A stretch of 64,000 bases of DNA from Tetramitus jugosus (lineage: Eukaryota > Protista > Heterolobosea): positions 186,001-250,000 of the forward strand of contig OW569355.1 in NCBI GenBank assembly GCA_937625935.1, written 5' to 3'. Below are positions 31,395 to 43,233 of this stretch, piece by piece. Position 1 is the stretch's first letter. Every line of letters begins with the position of its first letter. Position numbers and translations under genes: made by a program. A model generated the notes under the pieces. It did no database searches and was not told where the DNA came from. It saw nothing but the letters and a program-made list of their open reading frames with translations.

Positions 31395-33375
31395 TTATTC
31401 ACCCTTCAGAGATGATCCAGTCTTTAAGAAATTCCGGTCTCGAATATCAACAGCCTTTACTGTTGCAATGCAATTACAAATCTTCCAACTCCTTGAAAGT
31501 AATTTGTACTTATTTGATACCAAGTCCCACAAATAGAGATTTCCTGAACTGATGAACAGTACTGTATGATCACTCACTTTCGCCACGCAACCAGAATACA
31601 GTGACCACCCATCATCTCTTGCACACAACTTGTACTGGCCACTGTTTGGATCCATTCTGTACATTCCATTGTTCGTAAACATAATAAGATTTCCATTATA
31701 AATCACAATACCAGCTGTGTCGGTCCAGTCTCTAGAAGAATTGAGATGAGTTAATCGATGAGTATCCAAGTTGTAACAACAAATATCAAAACTACTCAAA
31801 TCGACACCATAGATCTTATTCTGCAACATGGTAAACACTGAGAAAGAACAGGAATTAATATTATGACTACAAAAGAGTAGAATTATTTCAACAACACATA
31901 TTTCTAATCTCCATACCATTCTTCTTCCAATTGCCAATACTATTGCGACTATGAACAGAGAACGTGTAACCATTCAAGTCTAACTTTGCAACTTCTTTAG
32001 CCTTGAAGAACAACATTTCGTCCTTATAAACTAATAGAACTCTTGTATCATTCCAGTCGGTGCTGCTTGATGGAATTACATAGGAGTCTTCCTCTGTCAC
32101 CTTCTTCGTTAATGATGTTCGAAGTACTTTACGATATACACAACCTGATCGATCAGACACACCAATCATCTCCTCTCCATTCTGAACTGCAGTATAAATA
32201 TGTCTCCACCCCGTTATATTATACTAGTACGCGTGTATTGAAATGAATGAAATAAGTAGACACATATATTAGCACACATGCGCACATTTAGCTGTTAAAC
32301 AACCCTAAACTGAATAGGAAATTTGTTGTTGACATACCTCATCCGCAATCATCTCATACGTATTGAACCTCCAATGATATCGATAAATTCGATGGGAGAA
32401 CATGAGTGGAATCATTTCATATTGAGAGTTGTTAACAACGACTGCTGCTGCCCCTCCTCCTCTGTTCTTGTTGGATGATTCTTCACCGACAGTATCACCA
32501 TTGCCACTCGTCACCATTTTATTCTTGCTTCTACTATTACTATTGTTAGTTGTCTGTTGAAGATTGAGATTCATTGGGGAAGAAGAGCTTTCTTCACTAT
32601 TTGAATCTAGAGATGCAACACTAGACGAACTCCTAGTGATGCTCTTTCGATTTTGTAGAATAGAGCTAGGAGATGTAGTGGATGAAAACACGGAACGAAC
32701 AATTCCACTAATCTTACCACCGCTATTACTACCACTACCACTACTACTACTACTACTCCTATAATTATTATTATTATTATTATTATTGAAACTATTGCTG
32801 TTACGGCTCTTGTTCAATAGCAGGGGTGAACTGTTATTTCTCGTCAAGGGAGGAGTCGTGGGAGGAGATGATAATTCATTCTGACGAAGAGGCGAGCTAT
32901 GATTCCTCTCCTTTGCACCACCACTACCGCCACTACCACCACCACGACAATACTCATACAAATTCCACGCTCGTAACTCTTCGCTCTCAATCACATCATC
33001 CACTTCAATTTCTTCTTGATCGTCCGCTATTTCTCCGATTTGACCGCTGTCATCAGATGACATGGGAAATATGGTGTCTTGGGAGAGGGTGTTATTGCAA
33101 CAATCGTCTGATGCGAAATAATCGTCGAATGAGTGTTCCTTGGAGTGAAAAAAATGATTGACTTGACTCGATGTTGTGTTTCGATTATTAGTGTTGTTTT
33201 CTTGGTGCGGTTGTGTTTGTTCGTTGATCATGATTGCTTCATAGATTGTCTTGTCGCTTATATAGAGGGGAACACTTTTATGATTTTGTCCTTGTTTGTT
33301 GTTTGCCTGGAACGAATCAAAGAAGGCTAAAATCCGAGCGGATATCTCGCGGGTTTTATTCGACTCTAATGCCAT
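31395..33375 (-). CDS. Multi-exon protein with low-complexity N-terminus and Trp-repeat (beta-propeller-like) C-terminus
   Basis: ORFs 32305-33375, 31888-32169 and 31395-31973 can be joined by GT-AG introns (donor after EMIADE); recurring GWRH, DWND, NWKK, DWTD, GWSL, SWKI units. Confidence 0.6.
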
Positions 33376-33412
33376 GTTCGACTGTAGATTGCTTTGGAAA
33401 TCAATTCTTGGT

Positions 33413-34738
33413 TCATTTCTTGAATGAAACTTGTTTGTGTCCCTCGTCGTAAATTTGTTGTACAGCATTGTTGAAACGGGTTCTGACAGCAAGGATCTGT
33501 GTGTTTTCAGTGTTTGGATACACTCTATTGGTGAGTAGGATAGAAATGAGCTTTCTCTTTGGATCTCCACAGACTAGTGTGCCAGTATAACCAGTGTGCA
33601 TAAAAGTTTCTGGTGACAGACTACCGCAGCATGTGTTACTTTGAGGAGAGTCAGAATTAGTGTCCCATCCATAGGCTCTGCTTGATTGGGTACGATTTCT
33701 CACAAGAGTAAAGTAATCAATCGTGTCTTGCTTCAAGAATGACTCAGATGATGGGAACAAAAGATTCTTCATAATTGTACCAACATCGATGATATTGCTA
33801 AACATTCCAGCGTGACCTGCAATTCCACCAAGTGCATATGCATTTCCATCACTGACATATCCATGAATAATTTCATGTCTGTAAGCTGTATCATTCCAAG
33901 CAGGAGCAATCTTATTCTTGTCAACTCTGTGAATATTCGCGGAGGTAATAAAAGTAGTATTAAACATTCCAAGACGCTCGATCACATTTCGTCGAACAAA
34001 TGCTTCATAATAACATGTCAATTTGCCTTCATCACTCGCATCTGATTCTGCACAATCAGGCAACAAATCACCATAACTAACCAAATTATTCTTTTTGACA
34101 TAATACCCAATTACGTACATCATTGTAATCATGGACAGATCGCTATACACATAAACAGCACCCACAGGATTCGCCAATGGTTGAGACATTGTTCCTTCAT
34201 AAATCTTACTCATACAACTAAAGGAGAGCTCTGGGTGATACCTTGAAGATTCTGGGCATCCAAACTTGACACTGCTGAAGCCAGGAACGGGATCAGGCTT
34301 CAAGCCACTGTTGTGCAGCAATAAATTAGCAAGAGTGATTGACTCTTTGCCATTCTGTGCAAATTCTGGAAATACTTGGCTCACCTTTAGATCCAAACTA
34401 GGAATATATCCATTCTGATAGAGCAATGCAGTGGCACTTGTCGTCATGAGAACCTTTGTCACTGAAGCCATGTCAAAAATGGTGTCTAGACTCATTGGTC
34501 TCAATGGGATCGTGGTGGTCGAGTGGGGATAAATGTTGTTACCCTTAGCTTTCAAGTACAATGGACCTGTTTGGTCAGCCACAAGCACTAGACATCCAGG
34601 AAAGGCCTTATTGGCAATTGCCTCATCCAGAACTTCATCTGCTCTCGTCCAGTCGTATGAGCAAGTAATTTTAGGAATAAACCAAACAGCAAGGACGCAC
34701 AGTAACAACAAAAGCTGTGATCTAACAATGGAAAGCAT
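33413..34738 (-). CDS. Secreted beta-lactamase-family (AmpC/AmiE-like) serine hydrolase
   Basis: FDMASVTK (SxxK), LLLHNSG, YSD, GHAGMFS, HTGYTG, LLTNR; signal peptide from ATG 34738. Confidence 0.9.
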   Translation of the reverse strand: MLSIVRSQLLLLLCVLAVWFIPKITCSYDWTRADEVLDEAIANKAFPGCLVLVADQTGPLYLKAKGNNIYPHSTTTIPLRPMSLDTIFDMASVTKVLMTTSATALLYQNGYIPSLDLKVSQVFPEFAQNGKESITLANLLLHNSGLKPDPVPGFSSVKFGCPESSRYHPELSFSCMSKIYEGTMSQPLANPVGAVYVYSDLSMITMMYVIGYYVKKNNLVSYGDLLPDCAESDASDEGKLTCYYEAFVRRNVIERLGMFNTTFITSANIHRVDKNKIAPAWNDTAYRHEIIHGYVSDGNAYALGGIAGHAGMFSNIIDVGTIMKNLLFPSSESFLKQDTIDYFTLVRNRTQSSRAYGWDTNSDSPQSNTCCGSLSPETFMHTGYTGTLVCGDPKRKLISILLTNRVYPNTENTQILAVRTRFNNAVQQIYDEGHKQVSFKK

Positions 34739-34977
34739 TTTTTGTGTGGAATGAACAGTGTCTTCGTTAGATTTACCCAAGAATGTCTCAATGTCCACCT
34801 TTCTTGGGTAAATTGCCGAAGTCGACTGTTTTTGGCGCCACGAAAAAATCGATAACTCCGTGTTGCCTACAATCCAAACCGTTGAGATTGAAAGCGCTCT
34901 CGAGAGGAAGCGAAGTAAGATAGTGAATACGCGTAAACAGAACCTCAATTCTTAGAACTATCGATCTCGGAACAAAA

Positions 34978-37222
34978 ATGAATGTGAACACATTTTATCA
35001 ATTGCAGGAGAATGAGTTCATGGTCTCAGTGTCCTATCCTTACAAAGCTCATGACATGAGACAATTGAGTCTGAAACAACATGAAAAGATCAAAGTGATT
35101 CAAGTCCATGAAAGTGGATGGTGGATCGGTGAGAATATCTCTGGAGATGTAGGACTATTTCCTTCAAATTATGTCAGTAGAATTGTAGGTATCTTTCACG
35201 TATTCGAGTTGTACCATTCTTCGCGTTGTGATTAATTCTTTTGTTGGTGTGTTTAGAGTGGAGATGGAGGAGATCTTCAACTTGTCAAGAAGTTTAATAA
35301 ACCGAAGGAGTTCCGACCTGAGTTGGCACAAGTGGACTTTGAACTCAAGAAGAGTCGAACTAAGAGTATGATAGATTCCTTGGGGTTAGCAGAAGATGAT
35401 CTCGGTGATTTAGATCAGCTCGATAATTTGGATGCCCTTTTAAGTGACTCAGATGAATCAGAGGATGAACCAAACATTTCGGCATTGAACATTTCAGCTA
35501 ATCTGACAGACGAAGTAGAAAGGTATAAATCAGAGATTGAGAAAATAAGAAGTGAAAGAGATGAAGTTAAAAGAGAGAAAGAAGTATGTATTATGAGTTT
35601 GTGAACTTTACTCTTAACAACAGATGCTGACCCATAACAAGAATGCAGAAATGAAGGTTGCCAGTTTGGCCGACAAAATGAAAGAACTCGAGAGTGCGAA
35701 ACCAACTCTTAAATCATCAAAGAGTTCTCCAATATTGCGTCTTGAGGATAGACAACCTCTATCTGCCCGAGGAACTAGACCGTCTGAGATCGGTTCTCAG
35801 AGAAAGATTGATGACTTGAGTAAACAACTTCAAGAGTACAAGAACCAACTCGAAACAATGACCACCGAAAATGAGAAGAACAAACGAAAAGTGGAACTCA
35901 TTACAGAGAAGTATAATAAGGATATGAAAACTGCTGTAGAGAAAATACAAAAACATAAGTCAGCGGCTGCTGATGGTCCGAAAACTACTAATATCAATGC
36001 AAGTTTATCTGAAAAGATGATCAAATGTAAAAAGAATATCGGCTATCTTCGAGCTACGCAGAAGGTTCTCAAACAGGACGCACTTACCAGTATAGATGTG
36101 ATACGAAATCAAATGAATCAATTATCAAAGAATGGAATCGACCAACTAGGAAAAATGGTTGATGAAATCACTACGAAGTACAAGAGAGAATATAAGATGC
36201 GGAGAGACTTGTTCAATCAACTCCAGGAACTGAAAGGAAATATCAGAGTTTATGTTCGAGTTCGACCAGTTCTTTCTTCCGACGGGCCTACAGTACCTTC
36301 GGTCTCGTGTGATTTGTCTGAAGTGTCAGTGTCTGATCCCAACACAAAGAAAACTCATAAATTCGAGTTTGAAAGAGCATTTGGTCCTGAATCTACACAG
36401 GCTGAAGTGTTTGAGGATGTACAACCTCTAGCAACATCAATTTTAGATGGATACAACGTTTGCATTTTTGCTTATGGACAAACGGGTAGTGGAAAAACTT
36501 TTACAATGGAGGGATCTCCTTCTGATAGAGGAGTAAACTATAGAACACTTGACGAACTGTTTTCACTTGTAAAGGAAAGAAAAGGAGACTACACTTATGA
36601 AGTTAGGGTAGCAGTCATGGAGATTTATAACGAAACCATCATTGATCTACTGTCAAAAGACAAGGCGAAGCTGGAAGTGAAGATGGCAGGACAAGTGTCT
36701 ATTCCAGGGCTTACAACCGTGACCGTTTCTTCCTCTCAGCAAGTGATCGACACTCTCTCAAGAGGGTACAAGAACAGATCAGTAGGATCCAATAGCATTA
36801 ACGCTGATTCATCCCGTTCTCATTGTATAGTGAGTGTATATGCCGAAGGGATAAATACGATTACCCGACAAAAAGTATCAGGAAAACTGCACTTAATTGA
36901 TTTAGCTGGAAGTGAGAGATTGAAGAGAACTGAAACCACTGGAGATCGCTTAAAAGAATCTTTAGCGATTAATAAGAGTCTTAGTTCTTTGGGAGACGTC
37001 ATATCTGCTCTCGCTGCAAAGAAGTCCCATATTCCATACAGGAACTCGAAACTCACATCACTTTTACAGGACTCTTTGGGAGGAAACTCTAAAACTCTTA
37101 TGTTTGTTAATGTTAGTCCTACATCCGAAAGTAGTCCTGAATCGGTGTGCTCTCTTCAATTTGCCTCTCGAGTCAACAAGGTCGAATTAGGAAAAGCAGA
37201 AAAGAATATCTCATCTATTTGA
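34978..37222 (+). CDS. Kinesin-14 (C-terminal motor) with N-terminal SH3 domain, three exons, ~710 aa
   Basis: SH3 motifs YPY..LSL..GWWIG..GLFPSNYV; phase-0 introns 35185-35256 and 35584-35623; ELKGNIRVYVRVRP neck; GQTGSGKT, SSRSH, DLAGSE, HIPYRNSKLT. Confidence 0.88.
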
Positions 37223-37261
37223 GCATCGTAAACTATCTTCAACATGAAGGTCTTTACCAGT

Positions 37262-38413
37262 TTAATTTCGACTCAAGTTAACTGATTGACTGACTGCCGA
37301 ACTGTTTTGGAGACAGCTCATGGATGTGGTTCTTTTCCTTCTCTCGAGAGTCCTTTTCTCTGACTCCTCAAACAATTGAAGGGAACACATAGTTGCTTTA
37401 TGCTCAGGACCCAACAACTGCTGCCTGATTTTGTAAGCTTGGTTAAAGTAGCCAGCGCCTTGTTCATACCTCTTCTCTTTGAAGCAAATAATTCCCATAT
37501 TATGCAATGCTAAAGCATAATCTAAGCTGTTCGTCCCAAGGTGTTTCTTTCTGATTAGTAAAACTTTTGATTGAAGTTCTGTTGCTTTTTTGAAATCTCC
37601 TTGATCTTTCAAAATTTGAGCCATATTCTCATACACCATAGCCACTATTGGATGAAAACTACCGACAATTTTCTCTCGTATTCGAAGAGATTTGTCATAA
37701 AAAGTCATGGCATCATTCAACCGAGATTGTTCATCGTATATTACACCAATATTATGATAAATATCAGCCAAACCAATCCTTTGGCTTCCTAATACATTTT
37801 CTGCTAACTTTTGGGCTTTCATAAATGTTTTTAAAGCATCGGTGTATTTCTTCTGATTAGATTGAATGATTCCGATGTTTACTAATGCTGACACAATACC
37901 AGGATAATGCTTCCCAAATTTAGACTCCAATGTATCCACACATTTTGAGTACAACTCTAGAGCTGAAATATCTTCGTTTCTAGCGTGATACGTGATGCCC
38001 ATTCCAAGATAAATATCTGCTAGCATCTCTGTATCATCTAAATTGCATTTAAAAAATGTTGAAAGACTCTCTTTGAATTTCTCCAGAGCAAGATCGTATT
38101 GAGCCTTGTCGTAAAACACCATTCCCCTTTGATAATCGGTCAGGACTTGCGTTTGATATCTTTGCAATAATGCTCCATCTGAAACAGGGGTTTTTGATAT
38201 CAAAGCATTTCTCTCGATGGCACTTAATTCCTCCTTTGCACTCTTCACCTTGTTGTTCAAGATGCTAGCACTTAAAATGGATTGATTCTTCTTTCTATCA
38301 GTTCGAAATGATGTTATCGAGTGTTCAGTTAGGTCTCCTCTCCCCCTTGGAGCACTTGAACTTCTCGGATATAACTTTGATTGATCTTGAGTGAACATGC
38401 GAGATAATTGCAT
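37262..38413 (-). CDS. TPR-repeat protein (KLC/NPHP3-type 42-aa TPRs)
   Basis: Repeated A..Y.N.G..Y..Q....A......L.IR...LG..HP units. Confidence 0.85.
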   Translation of the reverse strand: MQLSRMFTQDQSKLYPRSSSAPRGRGDLTEHSITSFRTDRKKNQSILSASILNNKVKSAKEELSAIERNALISKTPVSDGALLQRYQTQVLTDYQRGMVFYDKAQYDLALEKFKESLSTFFKCNLDDTEMLADIYLGMGITYHARNEDISALELYSKCVDTLESKFGKHYPGIVSALVNIGIIQSNQKKYTDALKTFMKAQKLAENVLGSQRIGLADIYHNIGVIYDEQSRLNDAMTFYDKSLRIREKIVGSFHPIVAMVYENMAQILKDQGDFKKATELQSKVLLIRKKHLGTNSLDYALALHNMGIICFKEKRYEQGAGYFNQAYKIRQQLLGPEHKATMCSLQLFEESEKRTLERRKRTTSMSCLQNSSAVSQSVNLSRN

Positions 38414-38807
38414 TTGTTTGCTGATTTTCTATGCAACGACCATATGTTGTAGATACGTTTCGGCGCCAAACTTTCTTGGTTGTCGGAACAAAATGTCTCA
38501 CACCGAACCATACTCGAGATGCATCAAGTGCTGTGTCCATCAAGACCAAGACGCAAAAGAATGTGCTCGAGGTTCGGCACTGAATTATTGTTTTATCCAA
38601 ATTTCATCAGTTTCCTTTTGTACAACGAGCCATTTAGCTGCTATAAGCTTTTCGTGGCGTATACGTAGCACGTGCAAGCTGCACTGATATACATGGCAAT
38701 GAAAAGCTATGCTTTTTTGATCTTGCATTTTAATGTTGTGAAATAAGTTTCTACCACGAGTGAAACGATTTGCGAAAATAATATGTGGGTTCTTTTTTGC
38801 GGCAATT

Positions 38808-39851
38808 TTATGGGCCTCGATGGCGCTCCCATGTGTTCACATAGGCATACCGAGAAAACAGTATAAACAACTTTCTGAACCATACAAACTGGGAGTAATG
38901 AGCCGTCATCGATTTAAATGCACTACTCATACTAGGAGTAAACAGTATCACTGTATCCTCTTGAGACTTGTCTCTTGCCACCGAAAGACAAAAATCGAGA
39001 ACTCCAATGTACTTGCGCAACAAACTTGATGTGACCAATTCATAGAGTATCACCTGATTTTGTAGTTGTGTGCATGCTCTTCGAACACCCTCGTGAGTTG
39101 CAATATGATTTGGGTGGCTACTAATTCCAAACTGATCAAAAGTCAACAGCGTACTAATGTTATTCACACGTATAAACTGAGTTACCATATCAGATATAAC
39201 ACCTCTGTCCCAACACTGATTCATTCCATCCTGTAACTTTTCATGATCCACAATCAACAATTTTGATTCTTTTACAATCTGTTTGCAATCAGAGACAACC
39301 ACTGCTGCTCCGTTTGTAATTCCCAACACGCGACAGCTTTGTTCTAGCTCTTTCACACGCACAGAGCCAATCCCATCTGCATTTCCAGTGGACAAGCACA
39401 ATAAGCAAACATCAAAATCCACACTATCCAAGGCATCCTCGTCATTGCTCTTCTCTTCCTCTGCTGTATTACTCTTCTTGTTTTTTGCACTCATTTCTGT
39501 CACGTATTCCTTCAGGGAGAGAATAGTCGGTGTCATGAACATGGCCTCATCATCCGGATGAGCAATCACAATGCCCATTGTTTTTCTTGTGTGATCATTC
39601 AAAAATTGATCACTCTTCTCCTTTTGCTTTTCCTCATTCTTATCATTATTGCTCTGATCATCATTGATCAGATCCACGTCTGTTTTGCTTTCTTGAGGTT
39701 GTTGCGAGAATAGTAGTTGAATTGTTTCAAACGAATACTTTCTCTTTTTCACATAGACAATGAAAAGAAAGGTCAGCACATTGATCAAGATGAGAGCCAC
39801 TTTGAACAGTGACAGAACCTTCAACAACAATTGTTCCACATCCATGTCCAT
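38808..39851 (-). CDS. PIGL: GlcNAc-PI de-N-acetylase (PIG-L/GPI12)
   Basis: AHPDDEAMF, CLSTGN..G..RVKEL, TFD..GISSHPNH, H.SQFVWFRKL..FSRY; N-terminal TM. Confidence 0.92.
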   Translation of the reverse strand: MDMDVEQLLLKVLSLFKVALILINVLTFLFIVYVKKRKYSFETIQLLFSQQPQESKTDVDLINDDQSNNDKNEEKQKEKSDQFLNDHTRKTMGIVIAHPDDEAMFMTPTILSLKEYVTEMSAKNKKSNTAEEEKSNDEDALDSVDFDVCLLCLSTGNADGIGSVRVKELEQSCRVLGITNGAAVVVSDCKQIVKESKLLIVDHEKLQDGMNQCWDRGVISDMVTQFIRVNNISTLLTFDQFGISSHPNHIATHEGVRRACTQLQNQVILYELVTSSLLRKYIGVLDFCLSVARDKSQEDTVILFTPSMSSAFKSMTAHYSQFVWFRKLFILFSRYAYVNTWERHRGP

Positions 39852-40067
39852 CAACGCTTTTTTTTTCAAGTTCTGTGTCGTAGTTTTGTTCTTATTGTGT
39901 GCTTGACCGCTTCGGGTCAAAAGCTTTCGGCGTTACGATCGGAAATTTGCTCTCATCTGCAGAGCTTTCTTGCGCAATCCATGAAGAGTCCAACAACATC
40001 CTCCATCCCCATTTTGTTTCAAGCAAAATACTCACATCTCACATGTTTTCCAGCCAATAATTGAGAA

Positions 40068-42293
40068 ATGATCATTAAGCGTTCTCCACGACATCAACCT
40101 CAAAATCTCTTTGAGTGCATCACTGAAGACTGCATCGTCAAACAAGGTCATCTCTTTATTCAACAGTGCGCTCCACTGTTCTTGAAACGTCGTTTCAAAG
40201 CAAAGTACTTTGTGTTCGATGGTCATGTGCTCTATCGTGTCCATCCTTCCACCATTTCAACTCAAGACTCATCACAAACAACACAAGCAAGCACCAACAC
40301 TCAAAAAACAAGGTGCCTGACCAACAACAGTGAAGAAGGTGAAACGAAAGAACATGATGACGATTCTGATGATGACAAGGTGCAAAACAGCAACAGTAGT
40401 CATAGTAGCAATAGTGAAGATGAAAAAGCAGACAACTCAACATTAAACAATGACAATAGACCAGTGTTGCTCAGCATTGATCAACGCTTCATCATTATTG
40501 ACAAATCCGAATGCCGGTCATCATCATCTGCTTACACGAAGAGCAAGAGTTGCACCACCATGAAACATCAGCAACAACAACAACAACATTCCTCTCATCA
40601 GATCAACCATTCAACGAACAGCAAAAGTTGTTCCTCTTGTTCTCATGCCACGAACAGCAGGGCTGAAAACATTCATAATAATACTAACAATAATACCAAT
40701 AATACCAATAATACCAATACCAATACCAATAGTAATGGTGATCAACATGCACCCGTCGTAGTTCGTGTCATGGATGCCAGTCAAATGATTGGCAAAGAAT
40801 ATGCCATTGGTCTCTTTTTCAAGCAATCTCTCTCACCAGTGTTCCTGTTGGCTACATCGACCAAGGAACACAAGTCATGGTTGCGTGTACTGTCGACTGC
40901 CGTGACAAAGAAACATATTGAAGAACGAGTGGACAATGTGATTCATCAGGCAGTGAGATCCATGACTGACATGACACTGATTAGCGATGCGTTTGGTGAG
41001 ATTCAATGTGTGAGTCAATCACTGCGTCGATTCTTTGGTTATTCGCATGGTCAATTGACAACAGCGAGTCGAAATGTGAGGGATTTGATGCCATTGGAAT
41101 ATGCAAAGCATCATGATGTCTATTTGGAAGTGTATCGAAAGATGGGCGAGAAGCGATTGATTGGAAATCCGAGAGTGCTGCCCGTGCTGCTCAAGAATGG
41201 AAGTGTAGTGCAAGTGGTTCTCTCGTTGGGTGAAATACCGAATTCGACCAATATGGACAAGGATCGATTCCTGTGCATTATGAAACCCTATGACAAGAGC
41301 AATCATGGTGATAGTAGCAATACTAGTAGCAATATTAGTAATATTAATAGTAATAAACAAGGCGAGTATCTGTGTCTACCTCATCCTTCTCCTGATAGCC
41401 CTTATCAACAGTATCAAGAGTGTACCGAGAATGGGAGATTGAGTAGAACAGCACTCTGGGCCATGCACCTCAAAATAGCAGACATGTTTGAGAGCTTGAG
41501 TCACAAGGTGACAGCCATGCATCAGAGGGTGACCCATCTACAGGAGAAAACAATTGAATGGGATCGTTTAGAAATGTATGCAAATCAAGCGAAAACTAGG
41601 ATGAAGAACGGAGAAGACAAGGCGAAGCAATTGTTGAGTATTACCTCGAAACAATCAGATGTTTGCATGTATTTGCAATATCAGATCAACTGCACTGTAC
41701 AGAATGTTCGATCAAAGAGTACGAGCGACTCATTTCACAATCGACTCCAAGAACGTCTCAAAACGATTCAAGACATCTTCTTAGAGAGAGGAAGTCACTT
41801 ATTTACACCTAGGCAACGATTAATGAAACAAATTGTTGAGAATATTAGTATCGGATTGGATGCCATACTTGAAATTGAAGTATCTCTTCGGTTCTTTACA
41901 ATCTTTTGCGCAAGGAGCAGTCAAGCAGAACGACTGCGTTCCATCCTAAAATTTTACCTCTATCTCACGAGGCACTATCAAACAGAGACGAGTTTGGATG
42001 CTTTGAACTTGAAGAAGAGCTTCATAATGGATTTCTTTGTGGCAGAAGGTGCAGAGGAGAGCTTGCACATCACCAATCGAATGAGATCATTCCTGAAACA
42101 GCAACACTCACGCGTTCATCGATTGAGTGACAAGGAAGAGGAATTGCAATTAGAACATTGCTTCTTTGACTCGCTGTTCATGACACTTCGGCCCGAGTTG
42201 GTGAATGCATGTCAAAGGTTCAGAGCAGATGAGCTGTACGATTCGATGCGAATGGAAGTAGCTCAGAATCTATTATCACAAATAAAAAGCTGA
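40068..42293 (+). CDS. PH (split), PAS, coiled-coil and RGS-like signalling protein
   Basis: PH halves KQGHL..YFVF and FLLATS..WLRVL; PAS FFGY..NVRDLMP..HHDVYL..LIG.PR..KNGS; C-terminal RGS-like LDAIL..F..F..LKF..ESLHIT. Confidence 0.75.
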   Translation: MIIKRSPRHQPQNLFECITEDCIVKQGHLFIQQCAPLFLKRRFKAKYFVFDGHVLYRVHPSTISTQDSSQTTQASTNTQKTRCLTNNSEEGETKEHDDDSDDDKVQNSNSSHSSNSEDEKADNSTLNNDNRPVLLSIDQRFIIIDKSECRSSSSAYTKSKSCTTMKHQQQQQQHSSHQINHSTNSKSCSSCSHATNSRAENIHNNTNNNTNNTNNTNTNTNSNGDQHAPVVVRVMDASQMIGKEYAIGLFFKQSLSPVFLLATSTKEHKSWLRVLSTAVTKKHIEERVDNVIHQAVRSMTDMTLISDAFGEIQCVSQSLRRFFGYSHGQLTTASRNVRDLMPLEYAKHHDVYLEVYRKMGEKRLIGNPRVLPVLLKNGSVVQVVLSLGEIPNSTNMDKDRFLCIMKPYDKSNHGDSSNTSSNISNINSNKQGEYLCLPHPSPDSPYQQYQECTENGRLSRTALWAMHLKIADMFESLSHKVTAMHQRVTHLQEKTIEWDRLEMYANQAKTRMKNGEDKAKQLLSITSKQSDVCMYLQYQINCTVQNVRSKSTSDSFHNRLQERLKTIQDIFLERGSHLFTPRQRLMKQIVENISIGLDAILEIEVSLRFFTIFCARSSQAERLRSILKFYLYLTRHYQTETSLDALNLKKSFIMDFFVAEGAEESLHITNRMRSFLKQQHSRVHRLSDKEEELQLEHCFFDSLFMTLRPELVNACQRFRADELYDSMRMEVAQNLLSQIKS

Positions 42294-42407
42294 TTGCTCA
42301 CTCCCGACATGAAGATATCGACCCGTGGATCTCCATTGATTGATACTAGAATGCAAAAAAGAAAGAAATCATACAGCTTCGGTTTAAAAGAAATGTTTAT
42401 GACAAAT

Positions 42408-42941
42408 TTAAGCTCTCAACTCGCAGATACCACCGGCAGCCTTGATCTTTCTCTCAGCTTCAGCGGAGAAGTAACGTGCTCTAACGATCAATGGGACCTT
42501 TGGCAGATTTCCTCTACCCAAAACCTTAGCATAACCAGCATTCAAGACATCAATAACAGTAGCCTTTCCGTCAGTTCTGGTCTTAGCTTCTTGGTAGGTT
42601 TGTTCGCCAACCAATGACCACAATTGATCAATGTTGACTTCAGGTCTCCAGTATCTGTCGCCCTTCTTGTTGAAGACTCTCATACCGACCTTACCGAAAT
42701 AGCCAGGATGGAATCTGTCGAACCAGATTCTCATGTGATGTTGACCACCAGCATTACCACGACCACCAGGATGCTTTCTGTGCTTACCGATTCTACCGTG
42801 ACCAGCGGAAACGTCACCTCTCTTTTTTCTGTTCTTCTTCAAGTGGGTTGTCTGTAATATTCATAACATAATAATTAAGTCAGTATGATCCTTCTAGAGA
42901 TTACAAATATTTGAGCACAAGTGTGACGTGAAACATACCAT
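42408..42941 (-). CDS. RPL27A: 60S ribosomal protein L27a (uL15); coding part of exon 1 is the ATG only
   Basis: [34 protein letters not shown]; intron 42852-42938 (GTATGT..TACAG). Confidence 0.96.
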
Positions 42942-43233
42942 TCTTGTTTATGGCTTTATGATGTTTGTTTGTTTTGTTTATTATTTTGTTCGCTTTGCAA
43001 ATTTTGAGAAAAGTTGACTGGTCAACCGTGAGATTCATCCGACTCATTGAACACTCAACAATTTTTTCACAGAAAACTTTTGTGGTCCGTCGCAGCGAAA
43101 ATGCATCAAACGCACGAAGACCAATGGATATTTTTCTTTATTGGTCGTGGCCACTCTTTCAAGTATCTCAGAATGAAGACAGGACAAGTTATACGACAAT
43201 AATACATGTATACAGGTTGAAGCTTTGAGCATT

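Noticed and set aside
33413-34738. Antibiotic-resistance gene or bacterial contamination
   Set aside because: Embedded among intron-containing eukaryotic genes; most members of this family are esterases or amidases.
38391-38740. Small Cys-rich ORFs between the TPR gene and PIG-L
   Set aside because: No consistent spliced model or recognisable domain.
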